Origin: Epiperipatus broadwayi
Taxonomy: Eukaryota; Animalia; Onychophora
NCBI GenBank assembly: GCA_028023455.1
Contig: JAQFVV010000010.1
Span: 14,198,001-14,262,000, forward strand
Length of the DNA stretch: 64,000 nucleotides
Direction: 5' to 3'
Shown: piece by piece, positions 40,236 to 54,710 of the stretch
How the letters are laid out: the number at the start of each line of letters is the position of its first letter
Numbering within the stretch: position 1 is the first letter of the stretch
The notes under the pieces: model-generated
Databases searched by the model: none
Told to the model about the DNA's origin: nothing
The model's input: only the letters and a program-made list of their open reading frames with translations
Position numbers and translations under genes: made by a program

Positions 40236-43200
40236 TGAGAAATTAATTTCCTTATTCTTTAATTATGATTCACCCAAACAGGATTAAAAAATTGCTTCTC
40301 TGAAATATTGGTCTTAAATTTAAACTATTAATATTGCAGTTAGATATCCTAATTAATTATTACTATCAATCATCTGTAAAAGAAAAAAATAGATTCTACC
40401 TAACATTCTAGATTACTTTCTCCCCAGACTTCTTATTTATTCCTCAAACATTTTTATAGATTGTTTGTCTGAAAGTTTATTATAATGGTATTTCATTTGT
40501 AATTATATGTTCAATTATTTCCATCATCCTAATATTAAATGTTTGTAGAAAAATTCAATCTTATATTTAAACTTATTCCCGCCCTTTTTCTCACTTTATA
40601 CCCTTTTTTACAATATATTTTTTTGTAATTACGTAACCCTTAAACACATTAATGAATTATTATATTGCTTTAAATTAATATATTGTGAAATATTGGATAT
40701 TTATACTGAATTATACATGTTTATAAACTTATTTTTTTGTAAATATAACTTAATTTTTTTATAGCTTTTTTAAAATAAATTTTTTGTCAGGAGCAATAAT
40801 CAAAAATTCAATTATCCGTAATAATATTCAATTGATGATCATATGAACAAAATTGGAGTTGTTTTTTATATGTAGGAATTGATTATAGTTTAGTTGCTGT
40901 CTTGTAAATTATGTTTATATTAACTAAAAAAATGTTTATTTAATATTTTTCACATTAAATATCTGAGGATGGCAATAGCCCAACATATCACATCTTATAA
41001 TATACCATCATTATAAACCTTCAGACAAATATTTTCTATCTGTTGTAAAAAGTTTTATTTAACATAATTTATCTGTTAACTCAATAATTATCCTTTTAGT
41101 TTTATTTGAAAATAAATGGTAGAAGATTTAGATAACTTTAAAACTGTTTTGTTGTGCACAAATTGTCTTAAGGAAAAAAAAACTTATAAAACATGCATAC
41201 GTTATTTATAATCTTTGTATTTTTGTGGCAAAAGATTATTTTATAAAAGTAATAAATTGGTTTATAAAATGAATGCTTTCTTCAGTCCTTTTGCTTTTAT
41301 TTAAAGTTCAGATTTTGTTATTTTTGTTCTGTGTGACTAGTAGTCTTTTAATAAAAAGTAATATATTGCCAATTCTAATATCTTTACTTATGAATTAAAT
41401 TTGGGAATGAAGAGTTTATCAGAGGTATTGCCACTCATAGGGTATGTGACATCAGTTTAAAATTCAAGAAGGCTTTATGTAATTTTTTTTTTTAATTCGC
41501 TTAAACAATCAAGAAAATTAAACTATGTGCCACTAGTTATTTCTTGGTGAAAGAATAAAGCTTAAATAATTGTTTTTAGTTTTTTACAAATTTCATGAAC
41601 AAATAATTGCATGGGTATCATATGATACTCAAATATTCTAAACGGCAGTATTATTTTACTGAGAATCGATCCAGGAATTTTTAACCTCGAAAACCTGCTA
41701 TTCAACTGTTAAACCAGAGCATACGCAGCCTTTTTATTTTTTTAAATAATCAATATTATTAAATATATTCTTGATTCTATTTTTTACATGCTATTTATGT
41801 GTTATAAAAAATTTTTTAGTATAAAATTTTAATATTTTCAAAAAAGGTTCAGTATCATCAAGAAAATTTTTAAGAAACAAAATTAAATAATATAAAGCTA
41901 TTTTTAAAAAATATTTATTTTGAATAAACTAATAGAATAATGTCATTACTTGCTGTGGATGTTACATGTTTTTTAGTATTAAAATGGCTGATTGAGCACA
42001 TGATTCTATTTAACCATTCTACTTGAAATTTAGTCTTTTAACCGTAATCATCTGAGAATCTTTTATCTTTTGATTTTGTCACTCTACCGCTGCCCAAGTT
42101 ACTCAGGGACCACTCCAACAGATGATGAAGAATTCCTTTGCAACAAAAATGTTGTAATAGGGATATGCAGCAGTCATTTGAAAACAAAGTCAATAAAATC
42201 ATTCAGAAGCTTTGGAATATTGTGTATCTACAATAATATAAAAAGATATTCAAATAAATTATTCTTAATGTTATCAGTCACATGCATTCTTGATATCTTT
42301 TTTTTTTTGGATTGTTGCCATTATTTTAGCAATAGCAAGTTCCTATTATTATAAATGCTGTCATTTATTTATTTTTAAAACAGTTTCAGAAATTTGCCTA
42401 TCATGTGGATAATCTAAAATAAAAATGTCTAAAAATAATGAAATTATGATGTCTATAATTCAGATTGGAATTTTTTTTAAAGTTTTAATCATGCTTAGTA
42501 TTTTTTTCCTAGGCCACCAATCCATAGTCAATCCAATGAATTACCTAATGTTGAGCAGGAAATGAGTATCCAGCTGTTCTTAGAATATTAAACAATGGTG
42601 GGAAACATTCCAGATTTTCATTATTTGATATTGATAAGTAGTGCCTATCTTTACTGTTCTATGATGAGGAATTGTTAGTGAAACCTTTATCTTGCGGTGG
42701 GCTATTTAAATGCTGTTTTATCTTTACTGTTGGGGCACATAACATTGAAATATTCCATTTTAAAATAAATTTCTATCTTCTTCAGGCACAATTCTGAGGC
42801 TGAAAATGATTTGGATGAAGGAATTCTGCATTAAGGGTTTTTTTATCTTATGACTATCCATCTAACCATTGGGGATTTTGGGCAAAAAAAAGAGGAGTTC
42901 TTCTGTGGAACATTTATTAAAAAGTTTATTGCTTGTTTCTGTAATTGCTTTTTTATATTGTCTATGAGTAGAGTGTGGGAATGCTACAATAATATGATAT
43001 AACAAACCACCTACAAAAAACATCTCCAACAACACCCCAGAGAAGAATTTGGAAGAGAAAACATAATTAGGCATAAGAAATTATCCATTAATCATTTTTG
43101 GCTGACTACCTAAAAAAAAAAATAATTAAGCTTTATTGGCATCTGAATACAATTTAAGTCTTATCAGGCTTACATATGGACTCCAGATCATAAGGACATT

Positions 43201-43681
43201 GGGTCCAGTGCATGATCACTATGTTTTGAATTCATTCTAATATTTTTACAAGCTACTTTAAAACATCTTTGAGAAGAAATATAATTAATTAAATTTGGTC
43301 AAAGAAATTAATTAAGAAATGTGAACTTTGTATGAGTATTAATAATCAAAATGGATGTATATATTTGTATGGAATATAATATATATTTATTGTAAAAGTT
43401 TATTTTGCATATAAAATATATTTAGATTCACTAATATTAAGAATTTGATTAAATAAAAGTAATTATCCAATTATTCTCAAAAATTCATACAAATATGAAA
43501 ATAAAGTAATATTTTATTTTTTTCCCAAATAATTAAAAATATTTCTAATAAAACAAATGATTTTTTATAAATTTATTGAAAAACCTAGTCATAATTAAAA
43601 AGATTATAATACTGTTTTAATTTATTCTATTTTTGGTAGAAAAAAATAATTAAAACTCTTTTCCTCCCCCATTTTTTGCAG

Positions 43682-43727
43682 TGCCCTACAGTATCACGAT
43701 TCACCTTCAGTAAACGCAAGGTGTCAG
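43682..43727 (+). CDS. Actn: Actn exon (SR2): (N)ALQYHDSPSVNARCQ
   Basis: ttttgcag| acceptor, CAG|gttgga donor, 46 nt, phase 2-0. Confidence 0.95.
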
Positions 43728-43819
43728 GTTGGAAATTCTTCATCTTATTCTATTTTAAAATAAATTTTTTTGCTAAATAAAATTTATTTAGATCCTAATT
43801 ATGATTTTATTTCTTTTAG

Positions 43820-43882
43820 AGAATTTGCGATCAGTGGGATCGGCTGGGAACTCTGACACAGAAAAGACGGCATGCCTTAGAT
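43820..43882 (+). CDS. Actn: Actn exon (SR2): RICDQWDRLGTLTQKRRHALD
   Basis: ttttag| acceptor, GAT|gtaagt donor, 63 nt, follows a 92-nt intron. Confidence 0.96.
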
Positions 43883-44243
43883 GTAAGTTTTTCGGGGTGG
43901 GGTAATAGGTATAAATTATTATTAATAATGTGCAAGGCTAAAACCTTCGACAGAAGCGCCTTAAAATGCTTATGTGACAGCTAATCAGATGTAATAATAA
44001 CTGCATGTGGAACTCTCAATTCAAGAACACAAGCCAGAACACAAGAAAAAGATGGAACCCACCTTATTCTATACTTAAATTTATATATAAATAAGTCAGG
44101 CTCAAGCATTCTGAACTAAGAGCGTGAAGCTTAAAGCATTTTCACATTTAATTCACTAAATATGATAAATAAATAAACAACGTGAAATCTTTCGATTTAC
44201 AACGAAGCAATTTTTAAATCTAATGAAATGATAGTAACAAATG

Positions 44244-44344
44244 TAAATATATAAATTTATTAAGCGCTAGCAGATATCTAATAATAACGTGCAAGGCTAA
44301 AACCTTTGACATATCTGCTAGTGCTTAATAAATTTATATATTTA
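44244..44344. repeat. 34-bp inverted repeat with 33-nt loop
   Basis: taaatatataaatttattaagcgctagcagatat / atatctgctagtgcttaataaatttatatattta, one G-U pair. Confidence 0.8.
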
Positions 44345-47314
44345 AATTATTATTTTATTTTTTAAGAAAAAAAAAAGCTAGATATATATTCATTTACCAC
44401 TGTATCAATTTCTAATATATATGTTCTTAATCAGTTTTGATAGTCTTATCATCGTTTTCAAACATTATTATTGATATGATTTTTTATTTTTTAAATAATA
44501 AATACATTGCCTTAATTTTATCTAAAAAAGTATGTATTTCAGATAATATAAGAAAATCCTACATTTGTTCTTTATCTATTCTATTGCCGTTTTGCACAAT
44601 CAATAATTTTTGCAAAGTAGTGCAATCTGATAATCACTAATTGCTTAAACTTATTATAGAGGGTACTAAAGTAGAGAAAGAAAGAGTGCTGTTATTTACC
44701 GATAACCGAAAGAATCAAATAATATTCTATTGGTATAGTAATCTGAAAAATATCCAATATTAAATGTTGTAATTTATCAATTGGCTTCTGAAATATTTAC
44801 TAATGTTAAAAAATATTATTTTTACTATCATTAAACACCAAATATCTATAAAAGAGCTTCAAACAACCTAGAGAACAAGCCTATTTTACTGAGCCAAATA
44901 TTCAAACCCACAGTTGTCAATATCATATGCATCAAGAGAAATGATGTCAAGCGCAATATCAAATAAACTTGGCATATAACTAACAATCTAAACTCCATGA
45001 ATAGAAAGGAATCCTGCTTTCCCCTTTCGAAAAAATGGGCTATATAATTTGAATAAACTTTTCGCATCCACCTATGTAAATCTCATTGCTTGGAAGCACC
45101 ACTCTTGATTCAAAATGCATTTATGATAAAGTTTGTTTACAATAGCATCAAATATAACTATGGATAAAAATAAAAACATTTGAAATGGTTTAGATTATTC
45201 ATAATTCAAATAAATAAAAATTATACGTGTTAAAGAATTTGTTCACTTTGTTTTTTATGGCCATGAAACCAAAGTTTTATAAATATCATTTGTAAAATAA
45301 AAATTCTGTTAAGTGAATTTTAATCCATATTAAGTAGATAATGCTGACAACTAATAAACTATGGTAATTCAAGAAATATGTTAATGAAGCTGTGTTAAGT
45401 GCCAAGTTTTATATCTGAAAATGTAAAATGATGAAATTAATCAGTTTGAGTGGAATGCTTTTGGAGAAGAAATGGGTTTGATATTAAAAGAAAATACGCT
45501 TGTCTGTTTTAGAAAGGTAAGTTTTTTTAACGTGAATTTATTAATGTTGTCTTATAAAACTAAGACTTGGATAATTAATAGAAAAGCAATATGGAATTGC
45601 AGATTTTTCAGAAAAATATAGCAGATTGGGTGGAATTAACAAGAAGGGATTAAAAGCAAAATACATAAGAGAACAAATTAAGAGACTAAATTGAAATTGG
45701 AATCAATATGTCAGTAGAAATGATGACTATAGATGTATAACTAAAATCTTAAACTGGATTCAAAGAAATTTTAAAGAATTAGTCGAAGATCATATGTGAG
45801 ATGATTGGCTAAACTGGAGTGATGAGGAGAAAAAAAAACTGGATTTGTGAAGCTGGATTAATTCAATTAACCATCATTGCAGATAATGAACAATAAATTA
45901 ATAGGGTATCATATAATGTCTTACATGTGAATACAAATTTTCTGATAATTATAATATTTTTTAACTAAAAACAGACATTTTTCTTAGCCTATTTTCAATA
46001 TTTTTTAAAAATTTATTGTTATTGATAACATGATAGTCAAGAACATACTGCATGGAATTTAATTATAAGCATATTTTTAATTTATAAACTGAATTCATTT
46101 ACTTTGTTAAACTTTTTAACTACTGAAAGTGTATTTACTTTTATATCCTGAGTGATTGTTATGTATTAAAATAAAAGTATATGCAAGTCATAGCACAAAA
46201 AGTCTTCTAAATTAATTGTAAGAAATGAAGAAATTGTTTTTATAATTTAGAAAATAAATTAATTAGATGGGATATTTTAAAATAAAAACTGTAAATTAAT
46301 AAACTAATTAAAGTTTGTATAAAGTTTATTACTCTTTAATATATATATATATATAAACTTGTAATAGGCCAAATTAATCTTATTAAGAATTGTAAAATGT
46401 ATCCAGATTAATCTGATAACTAAAAATATTATAGAGAACTGGAAATAAATAGTGAAATTATATGAGGAATAATAACCTTACTTGAGAGAGAATTAAGAGA
46501 AAAATTAGAAGAGAGAGCTTAACTTCAACACTATTAGACTTTGTAAGGACTTGCCATATGCAATTCTCTCACCAAATACAATAACAATTCTCCACTCTAG
46601 ATGGCACCAGAGTGGAGAGCTGCTTTTGTTTGGGAAAAGATAAGGGCAAGTTAGATATAAAGGCCATGGACTTGACAAAGATTATGTTGTGGAAATGGGC
46701 TGGAGCAGGATTTGGGAAAACTTAGGGTGGGGAATGGAGAGGGAAGGTATAGTGGCTAACAGGTTTCTCTGGATATTGTTGCTGAGAGATTCCTGACTTC
46801 GTATAAGGAGAAGTCACAATGCATCACATCACATGTATTATATTGTTTTAGTAGTAATTTGATTTGTTGTTATTAGATTGAAGATAACAAATTCAGACTA
46901 GAGCTTAAAACAGATCTACCTCATCTTATTATTTAAATTAGTTTTTCATTTAAGGGGATTGTATATGTTTAACTATTTCTATGCAAATTTGAATATTGCT
47001 TTGTAATAATAATATATATTTTAAAATTAACATATCTAGTTAATTATAGGTATTTAAATCTGTAAATAATTGCACAGTAAATAATTTTGAATTTACAATC
47101 ATAGAGAAACACACAAAAAATGTTGCATTTAATATAATTGTGAAAGGTTGTTAAGAAATGAATGCAGTATATATTAAAGTTAATGTGTTTATTTAAATTT
47201 TTTTTAGATCTGTATTTGTTTAACAAAATATGTGTGGATGTATAATTATTAATAATTTTTTTTTTTTTTTACTCTGCTATGATTTCTACAAATATATAAA
47301 ATTTGTGCTTTTAG

Positions 47315-47377
47315 GAGGCCGAGAGAATCCTAGAAAGAGTTGATCAACTTCACTTGGAATTCGCCAAGAGAGCTGCA
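47315..47377 (+). CDS. Actn: Actn exon (SR2/SR3): EAERILERVDQLHLEFAKRAA
   Basis: ttttag| acceptor, GCA|gtatgt donor, 63 nt, phase 0-0. Confidence 0.96.
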
Positions 47378-48452
47378 GTATGTATTTATTTAAGAATAAA
47401 GTGTTCATTTTAATAAAACATATATTTGTAGCTAAATGCTTTATATTATTAGGTGCACTACTATAATTAAGTATTCAGTTTAAAGTGAAGCATTCAAATG
47501 AAGAATATTAAGTAATGGCAGACAGAGAATGAAATTTTTTTGTCTATTTTGCATTTTCATAAATGACTATAATCAGAGAGAATGAAAAATAGATGTTATT
47601 TCTTCTATATTAATGTAAAGGCATATTTTAACTACAAATCCCCATTCAACACTGATTCTGGCAGCAATCTGCTGAAAGCTGGCTTAGTGCATTTAAGATC
47701 TTGTAATTTAATTAATTTCCCTTTTCAGATTAACTTATACATTACAAGTTCGTTAATATTACATAATTGTATGGAAAGAGTATATATTATTGAGAATTAC
47801 ATATCTTTATAGTTATTTCTGTTAGTAATGAAATGGATATTTATTATATAATTATTAAATTACAGGAAGCACTTCATGAATTCTCTTATGTTTATTAGAA
47901 TTGTTCTGATTATTAGTTTTATGCTTTGATGTTATTGTTTTTGATGAAGTACATTAAATTCACATTTGTACTTTTATTTCAGCACTAATCATATGGTTAA
48001 CTCATCAGACAGGCTATCGTTCTTGAAGTGTTAACATTTTTTTCTTGTCAATTAATCTTTAAGATTCTTTTTGTATATCGACTTATATTTTGAGGGAAAG
48101 AAATCAAATTTTTGTCTTTTTATCACCCTGTAGCTGTATCTTACCAACTACAGTTTATCATATTTTTGTTTCTCCAATTTATGGAGAAAGTGATTCTGAG
48201 AAATATTAATTAGGCATATTACATTTAAAGTTTAATTATTAGTGAAAGTGTTTATGTTTGGTTTATACAATTTCTTATTAATATTACCAAAGTTATTACA
48301 TATATATATATATTATTAAAATATTTGTTTTTAAACTAATTTTTTTTTGTAAAACAAATAATTAAATTGTAATTTAACTTAATAGCTTTCTTCATGTCTT
48401 TTTAATTATTTAATTTGATGAACGTTTTATATTCATATATTTGTATTTGCAG

Positions 48453-48530
48453 CCATTTAATAATTGGTTGGATGGTGCTCGGGAAGATTTAGTTGACATG
48501 TTCATTGTACATACTATGGATGAAATTCAG
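48453..48530 (+). CDS. Actn: Actn exon (SR3): [26 protein letters not shown]
   Basis: tttgcag| acceptor, CAG|gtaaat donor, 78 nt, phase 0-0. Confidence 0.97.
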
Positions 48531-48741
48531 GTAAATTCATTTCTATATATTTTTTAGTAATATTAATTTATAATATTTAAACTTACTTTAATTTTTTTTT
48601 ACTTAGAAAAATGATAGAAAATTTATTTGTAAATGAAGCGACTGACGTTGAAATTGCATTGGTTCTATAATAAGATTGATATATATATATTTCATTTTAC
48701 ACAAACACATAGGTAAAAGATAAAAACAATGTTATCTAAAT

Positions 48742-49758
48742 CAGGAATGGGGAACCTTTTTTGCTGCCAAGGGCCATTTGGATATTTATATCATTCGCAG
48801 GCCATACAAAATTATCAATTTTAAATTAGCCTGCTATATTTAATCAATTTTACCCCTAATAATTAGTATGGGCCACCTTTTCAATTGGCAGGCTAATTAC
48901 AATTTTTTCTTTTTTGAATGAGGGCCATAATTTTTTTATAAAGTAACATTATTATTATTATTATTAATGACTTCCATTTAATGGCAATTTTTGCAATCTT
49001 CACGGCATATTTATATTTTCGAATTTTTTCCGTTCTACATAGATTCATTCTGCAGCAGCTAGGATGAAGTCTTCTATAAATCCTTCTTCAAAAAATGGTT
49101 TAGAATTCTCAGGTGTTTTTTTTTTTAAAATGTAAATTACTTTCATAAAATTTTCTGACTTGTTATACTTTTTATGAAAATGTCAACCACTTGATGAAAC
49201 TCCTTTTCAGGTTTTTTATTTTAATATTTTTTCTTCCCCAACAATTTTGCTGTAATCAGAATGTTTTAATAAATAATGCCTCTTAATATTGCATTCTTTA
49301 TTAATTGAAATGTGTTGGGCCATTTTTTGTGAAATGCATCATTTTCTGTGCTAATTTTTTTGTTTATCTTGCTCAATATAACCTTCCAAATAAAAAAAAA
49401 AAATTAAATGGAAAATAATAATAATAATAAAACAAATTAAAATTCAAGTTTTATTTTTGCTAGTTATATGATCGTCAGCGAAAATCACTATAAAAACAAA
49501 CAAAATGTTCTCACCATACAATATAGATAATTTTTGGAATATTGTACCTTGATAGAATGAATTGGAAATTATTATTAAGATTGGAGAGAGAAAAAGATGT
49601 TGAGAAAATAAATATTTTATTTTACTTAATTCTTAATTCAATATTTGTACTATGTGTGTTTAAATAGAAGTTTTATACATGGACATTTTATATACGTTTT
49701 TGAAAATGTCTGTGGATAGAATTGAGAGCTTTCAAAGACCAAAGATTCATTATCCCTG
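48742..49758. mobile_element. Degenerate hAT-like non-autonomous element
   Basis: Left end CAGGAATGGGGAACC...AAGGGCCA, right end ...TTATCCCTG; no clear TSD. Confidence 0.5.
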
Positions 49759-51194
49759 ATTTAGCCCAATGCTGGGCAAAGAATTCTTCAACAGCACTCC
49801 ATAAAGGAACAATGAAGGAGAAGATATTACTGTGCTACTATTGAGTGATTTTCCATCTTTATTTTATCTGTTTGCTAAAAATAGCTTGATACCCATTTAC
49901 TGACCAATATTGAATAGATAACTGAATTGGCTGTGGGCTAGTTATTTGGAGGAAAAAATCCTAAGCCTCTTCTGTAACTGAAAGTTTTTTTTGTTTTATT
50001 TAGCTGGATTTGAATACCTGGTAGCTAGATTTGAATACCTAGTTATGAATTTAACATGGTAAATGAATGTGTTAATTACTAAACCATAAGATTTATATAT
50101 AAATATAATGTATCTGTTTTAACATATTCAGTCATATATCTGTTATGAAGTTATTTTAAGGATGTTTTAATAAAATGTTGAATGTATCCAATTTAACTTT
50201 TTTTTTTTTTAATAAATACTTAACAAAGTAATAAGTAAGAGGGTGAATCATAGATAGAAATCAGAAAATGATTTGATATAAAATTCTTACCAGCATTAAC
50301 AAAGAGAATACAGATTATATTTCATAACTAATGAGTGTTGATGATCTCAGAAATTATTTAAGCTTATTCTTATTAAGAAATTATAAATTTTTTTGAAATT
50401 TGTTAATAAATTTACTTTACCAAGAACCGATTGTGAAATGGATTTGTGCTAAATTATATTTAAGGAAAACAAGTTTTATGTATCTGTTATTTAATCTTGT
50501 AATAAAAATAAAGATTGTAATTAAACTGTTAGTAAAGTGAGTAAAAGTAAGTAGTATTTAAGAAGTTTAATTTGCACAGTATGAAATGTGCAATATATGT
50601 TTGATGTATGTATGTTAACTTAGCATATAAGTTGATGAAATGTCTCATAAATGATAGAAAAAGAAACAAGATCCATACAAGTTACTTTGAATGCTGGCAA
50701 TAGTAATAAAGTTAAAAATCAGTCAGTATTAATTTAAAAAGTTTCTATTTATACTTATTGAATACTGTCTTGATTTCAAAAAAATAATTTGAGAGTAACC
50801 ATTTTAAATCCAAAAATTTATGCTTTGCCCATTTAAGCACATTAATTATGCTACTTACAGAATGCTTTATTTACAAGTCAAGTTGACAAATTTAATAAAT
50901 GTGTGAGACAATTTGAAATTGAAGATTTGTTTGAAATATGTGGTTTGATAATTGGAGATATAGAAGAGTACATAGTTTGCAAAAACTGTAGTATTGTTAT
51001 GAGCATGGTTTTGCCTATTGCACAAATGGATTGTCATTTGAGAAAGTCTATTTATGCTAATGACAAAACGATGGTCATGACAGAATTTTAGTATGTTTGT
51101 TATTTTATTAGTATTTGATTTCATGTTTTATGTGTGTGTGCATGCTTGTATTAAATTGTACTGCTTCATATTTATTTAAATATGTTTTTCGTAG

Positions 51195-51353
51195 GGACTT
51201 ATTGATGCTCACGAACAATTTAAACAAACTTTGGGTGAGGCTGACAAAGAATTTAAGTCAATCTTAGCATTGGTTCAAGAAGTGCAACGATTTGCCCAAC
51301 AACATAATATCCCAGGAGCCCTTGAAAATCCTTATTCTACCCTTACAGCACAG
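51195..51353 (+). CDS. Actn: Actn exon (SR3): GLIDAHEQFKQTLGEADKEFKSILALVQEVQRFAQQHNIPGALENPYSTLTAQ
   Basis: ttcgtag| acceptor, CAG|gtgaac donor, 159 nt, phase 0-0; last constitutive exon I can find in the window. Confidence 0.97.
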
Positions 51354-52121
51354 GTGAACTCTATTGTATTATTTTTAATTATTTCAATATTTTTTTCAGA
51401 TTTTATTAAGCATCTTTTCTTAATATCAGGCAAAGGGTATCTTTAAAGCAAAAGCACTTTGTAAGTTCTTTTTTTCTCTTCTTTGTTTAACACACATACA
51501 CTTATAAACAGAAGAAAATAATAGTCTGATGAGCACACTACTTACATTTAAATATTGCAGTTTTCTATTTTTACTTTAAAGTTTAACAAATGAAAAATTC
51601 TTATTCTCTCACAGTATTTTTTGGATGAATTCGGTTCTTATATCTCAACAAACTATAACCTCACTTCTGCCATTCAGGTTTTTTTTTTTTAATTCTTTTT
51701 TTGTTAGCTGACTGTTTTCACTTTGTTGTAATAATACTTTTGAGCACTGCACTGTCTGCAGTTCTTAATGCTTTTTCTATTTTTCTTTTATATATGCATA
51801 TGTTTTACTAATATTTTTATTGTGTCATTTTTTAAAAATTAACATATTTTAATTTTTATGTTTTTTTTTTTGACCATAATTTAAAATATGTATGATATAT
51901 AGTGCTTGTTAGTTTAAATTGTTGGAATGTTTTTTTTTTTTTAAATGTTTCTGTATAAATTTAAGTTGTCCAATATGTATTACTTTTGTCCATTTTAATT
52001 AAAATACCTTGATTGCAAATTTTAATGGCTTTTAATTGTAATAATTACTAAAAACAAAATTAATAATAATACAAAGGCCATGCTGAATGACAACATTTTT
52101 TTTCTTTTTACATTTTTTTAG

Positions 52122-52142
52122 TATGATGAGGATTCACCGGAG
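52122..52142 (+). CDS. Actn: Candidate 21-nt alternative microexon YDEDSPE
   Basis: Long U-rich tract ending ttag|, GAG|gttagt donor, in frame (phase 0-0), purine-rich island in AT-rich intron. Confidence 0.55.
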
Positions 52143-54689
52143 GTTAGTAAATGCAGTTATTTTATTCCTCTTTTTATTCCATTATGAATATTTTGGATTT
52201 TTCCATATACACAAATATTTATATCCATTTCCAGATAATTTTTAAATATCTACTAATGTTATTATTTTTGTTTATATTAATTTAATTTTTTATTAATTGA
52301 TTTTTTCACTGCAGTTTTTCATGACAGAATTACTTGTTTAAAAAAAAGCTCTTTTTTTTGTTTTACATATTAAAGTCGTCAAGCAATAAATTATAATCAT
52401 TAAAATATTATGATAACTAGAATAATAATAAATGTAAATCTCTGTGTAGCATTTTCATAATTATAAATCCATCAATAAAACAATATAGTATCAAATTTTT
52501 AAACAAAAACTAATGTGTTTATAAATATCCAAACGTAATATATACCAAAAAAGTAAATTATAAATAATTAAATGCATTATATAATATAATAAATGTAGCA
52601 TTATTTTAACTGTTATATGTAATCTCTGATCTTGACCAGCGAAACCAAACTTGTTGAAAAACCATTTCAGTAAAAAAAAACCCCCCCCCCACTTTACTAG
52701 ACCGTTTAATCAAAATGGAGATTTCGAAATATTTTTCTACAGTGTTTGATGTCATTGTTCAAAACCGGAGATTTGAATAGCTATAAATATGTATATAAAT
52801 TGTATTTTAAGAATATATAAAAATATGATTTAACATTCCTATTTCATTCTTAATTATTTATTTGTTAGATAAACAATTATTTGATAATTAAAATGGATGT
52901 TCATTCTCATTTTTATTCATAATTTATATATTTTTGAAAAGATTTTGTTGTGTAAGTCTTCATTAATTGATTACATATAGCCCACAGTTGTTAAATAATT
53001 ACGGAAGTAATATTATTTCCCTGCATTTCTTGGACCCAATACTGCATGGATATAGTAACTGCAGACTTTATTATATTTATTAGTATGTAAAATATTCCAT
53101 ACAAATTTCATGCAAAGAAAATTAAAATTGAAAAATATATTTTTATAATAATTTTTTATTCATATTTGAAATTAACAAATATTTATATATGTTAAGTTGC
53201 ATGACATATATAAATCTCCAAGATTATTGATTTTTTAATATAATGGGAAAAAATTTCTTTTCAGCAACTTAACATTGTAAAATGATATCAGTTGTTATTA
53301 TTAAAAATCAATATTTTTGAAAAAAGCATTTCATTTATTGATGTTTTAAAAGTGAATGTTGGAATTTTAATAACAACATATTTATCATGGTATGATAAAA
53401 TATTCTATCTACTTTAATATACATTGAATTATCCATTTTTTAAAAAGTATTTTATTTGGTTATGAATATATTTTGAATGAAATTAAAAATAAATAAAAAC
53501 TTACAAAATTGATGAAAAGATTTCATTCGATTATCTGATAAACTAAATGATACATTTTTAAATTCTAAAACTTAACAGTGGCAAATATTCATTTAATTCC
53601 CTTATCTATACGTTATATGATGTTCAGAAAGTCATCGTTTTGATTAATACTGTTTAAAAAACTAACCAGGGAAAGAAATACAAATAATTAAAATGTGAAA
53701 CATTTTTTATTTATCAAAAAATTAAACTTATATAAATATTTAATTTGTTTTTACTATAATTCATATGCAAGTAAAATATCACTAAAGAAAAACAGATATG
53801 GGTATAATATATTGTATTACAATATATCAAATTAGGTATGTCTAATTTATCATGCTGTAATCCCAGTCAAATTCTATTAATATTTTTTCTATGGAAAATT
53901 CACTATCCCCTACTTAGTTATTTTGTTATTGAATGATCTTTTTATAATTCCAATTAAGAGTGACTGACAGGAACAGCAGAAATATGAACATGCATAAATT
54001 TACACAAGCATATACGTATAAAATAGTCATTTAAGAAATATAAATGAACAATCTAATTTCATATTTTGAAAGTTGTTGGGTATTATATGCATTGAATTTT
54101 TAAATAAACATACATAAAAAATACCAAATCTAATATTGCAATTTTTAAAAATCATATTAAGTATAATTTGAGAATCTAATATTAACTAAGGATTATGTTT
54201 GCAATTACTAATGTGAAACTTTTGTAAATTATTCAATTTCTCTTTCCATACAAAAAATAGTCATTTGGAATTTTTTTTCTATGATATATAATTTGTTTAC
54301 CATAAATAGTTTGCTTAAATTTAAGTAAAAAAAAAAATCTTCCTTATATAAACTTAAAATAAAAATGCTAAGATGCAATTATTCATTCAACAGCATTTTA
54401 ATTTGAGAAATGTTTTTTAAACTAATGCTCTACTTACTGAGACTCATCTTCAATTTAATTAATATACTTAGTCCTTATCTGGATTTGGATATATATATAT
54501 TTTAAAAAAATATTATTGGAAAATACTCTTTATTTGGAAATTGATATTTTTAATATAAAACATGGTCTTTTTGTTTAATCACAACTATTTTGACTTATAA
54601 TTTTATTTTTTTCAATAATACTGCTTGTTTACTCATATTTATCATTTTTTTTTTTTTTTTTAATTTTGCATGTTGTTACAATCTTGTAG

Positions 54690-54710
54690 CTTGAGGAAAG
54701 TTCCGAACAG
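54690..54710 (+). CDS. Actn: Candidate 21-nt alternative microexon LEESSEQ
   Basis: Poly-T tract, TGCATG, then cttgtag|; CAG|gttagt donor; in frame. Confidence 0.55.

Noticed and set aside
42786-42835. Acceptor followed by in-frame KHNSEAENDLDEGILH* after the phase-2 exon ending at 40234
   Set aside because: No donor or clear poly(A) signal, and it lies in a degenerate repeat-like stretch.
47312-47317. TAGGAG tandem acceptor (NAGNAG)
   Set aside because: GAG is a poor distal acceptor and the Glu it would remove fits the conserved actinin sequence.
53265-53276. Possible 12-nt microexon QLNI
   Set aside because: Weak donor (ATT|gtaaaa); such matches are expected by chance in AT-rich introns.
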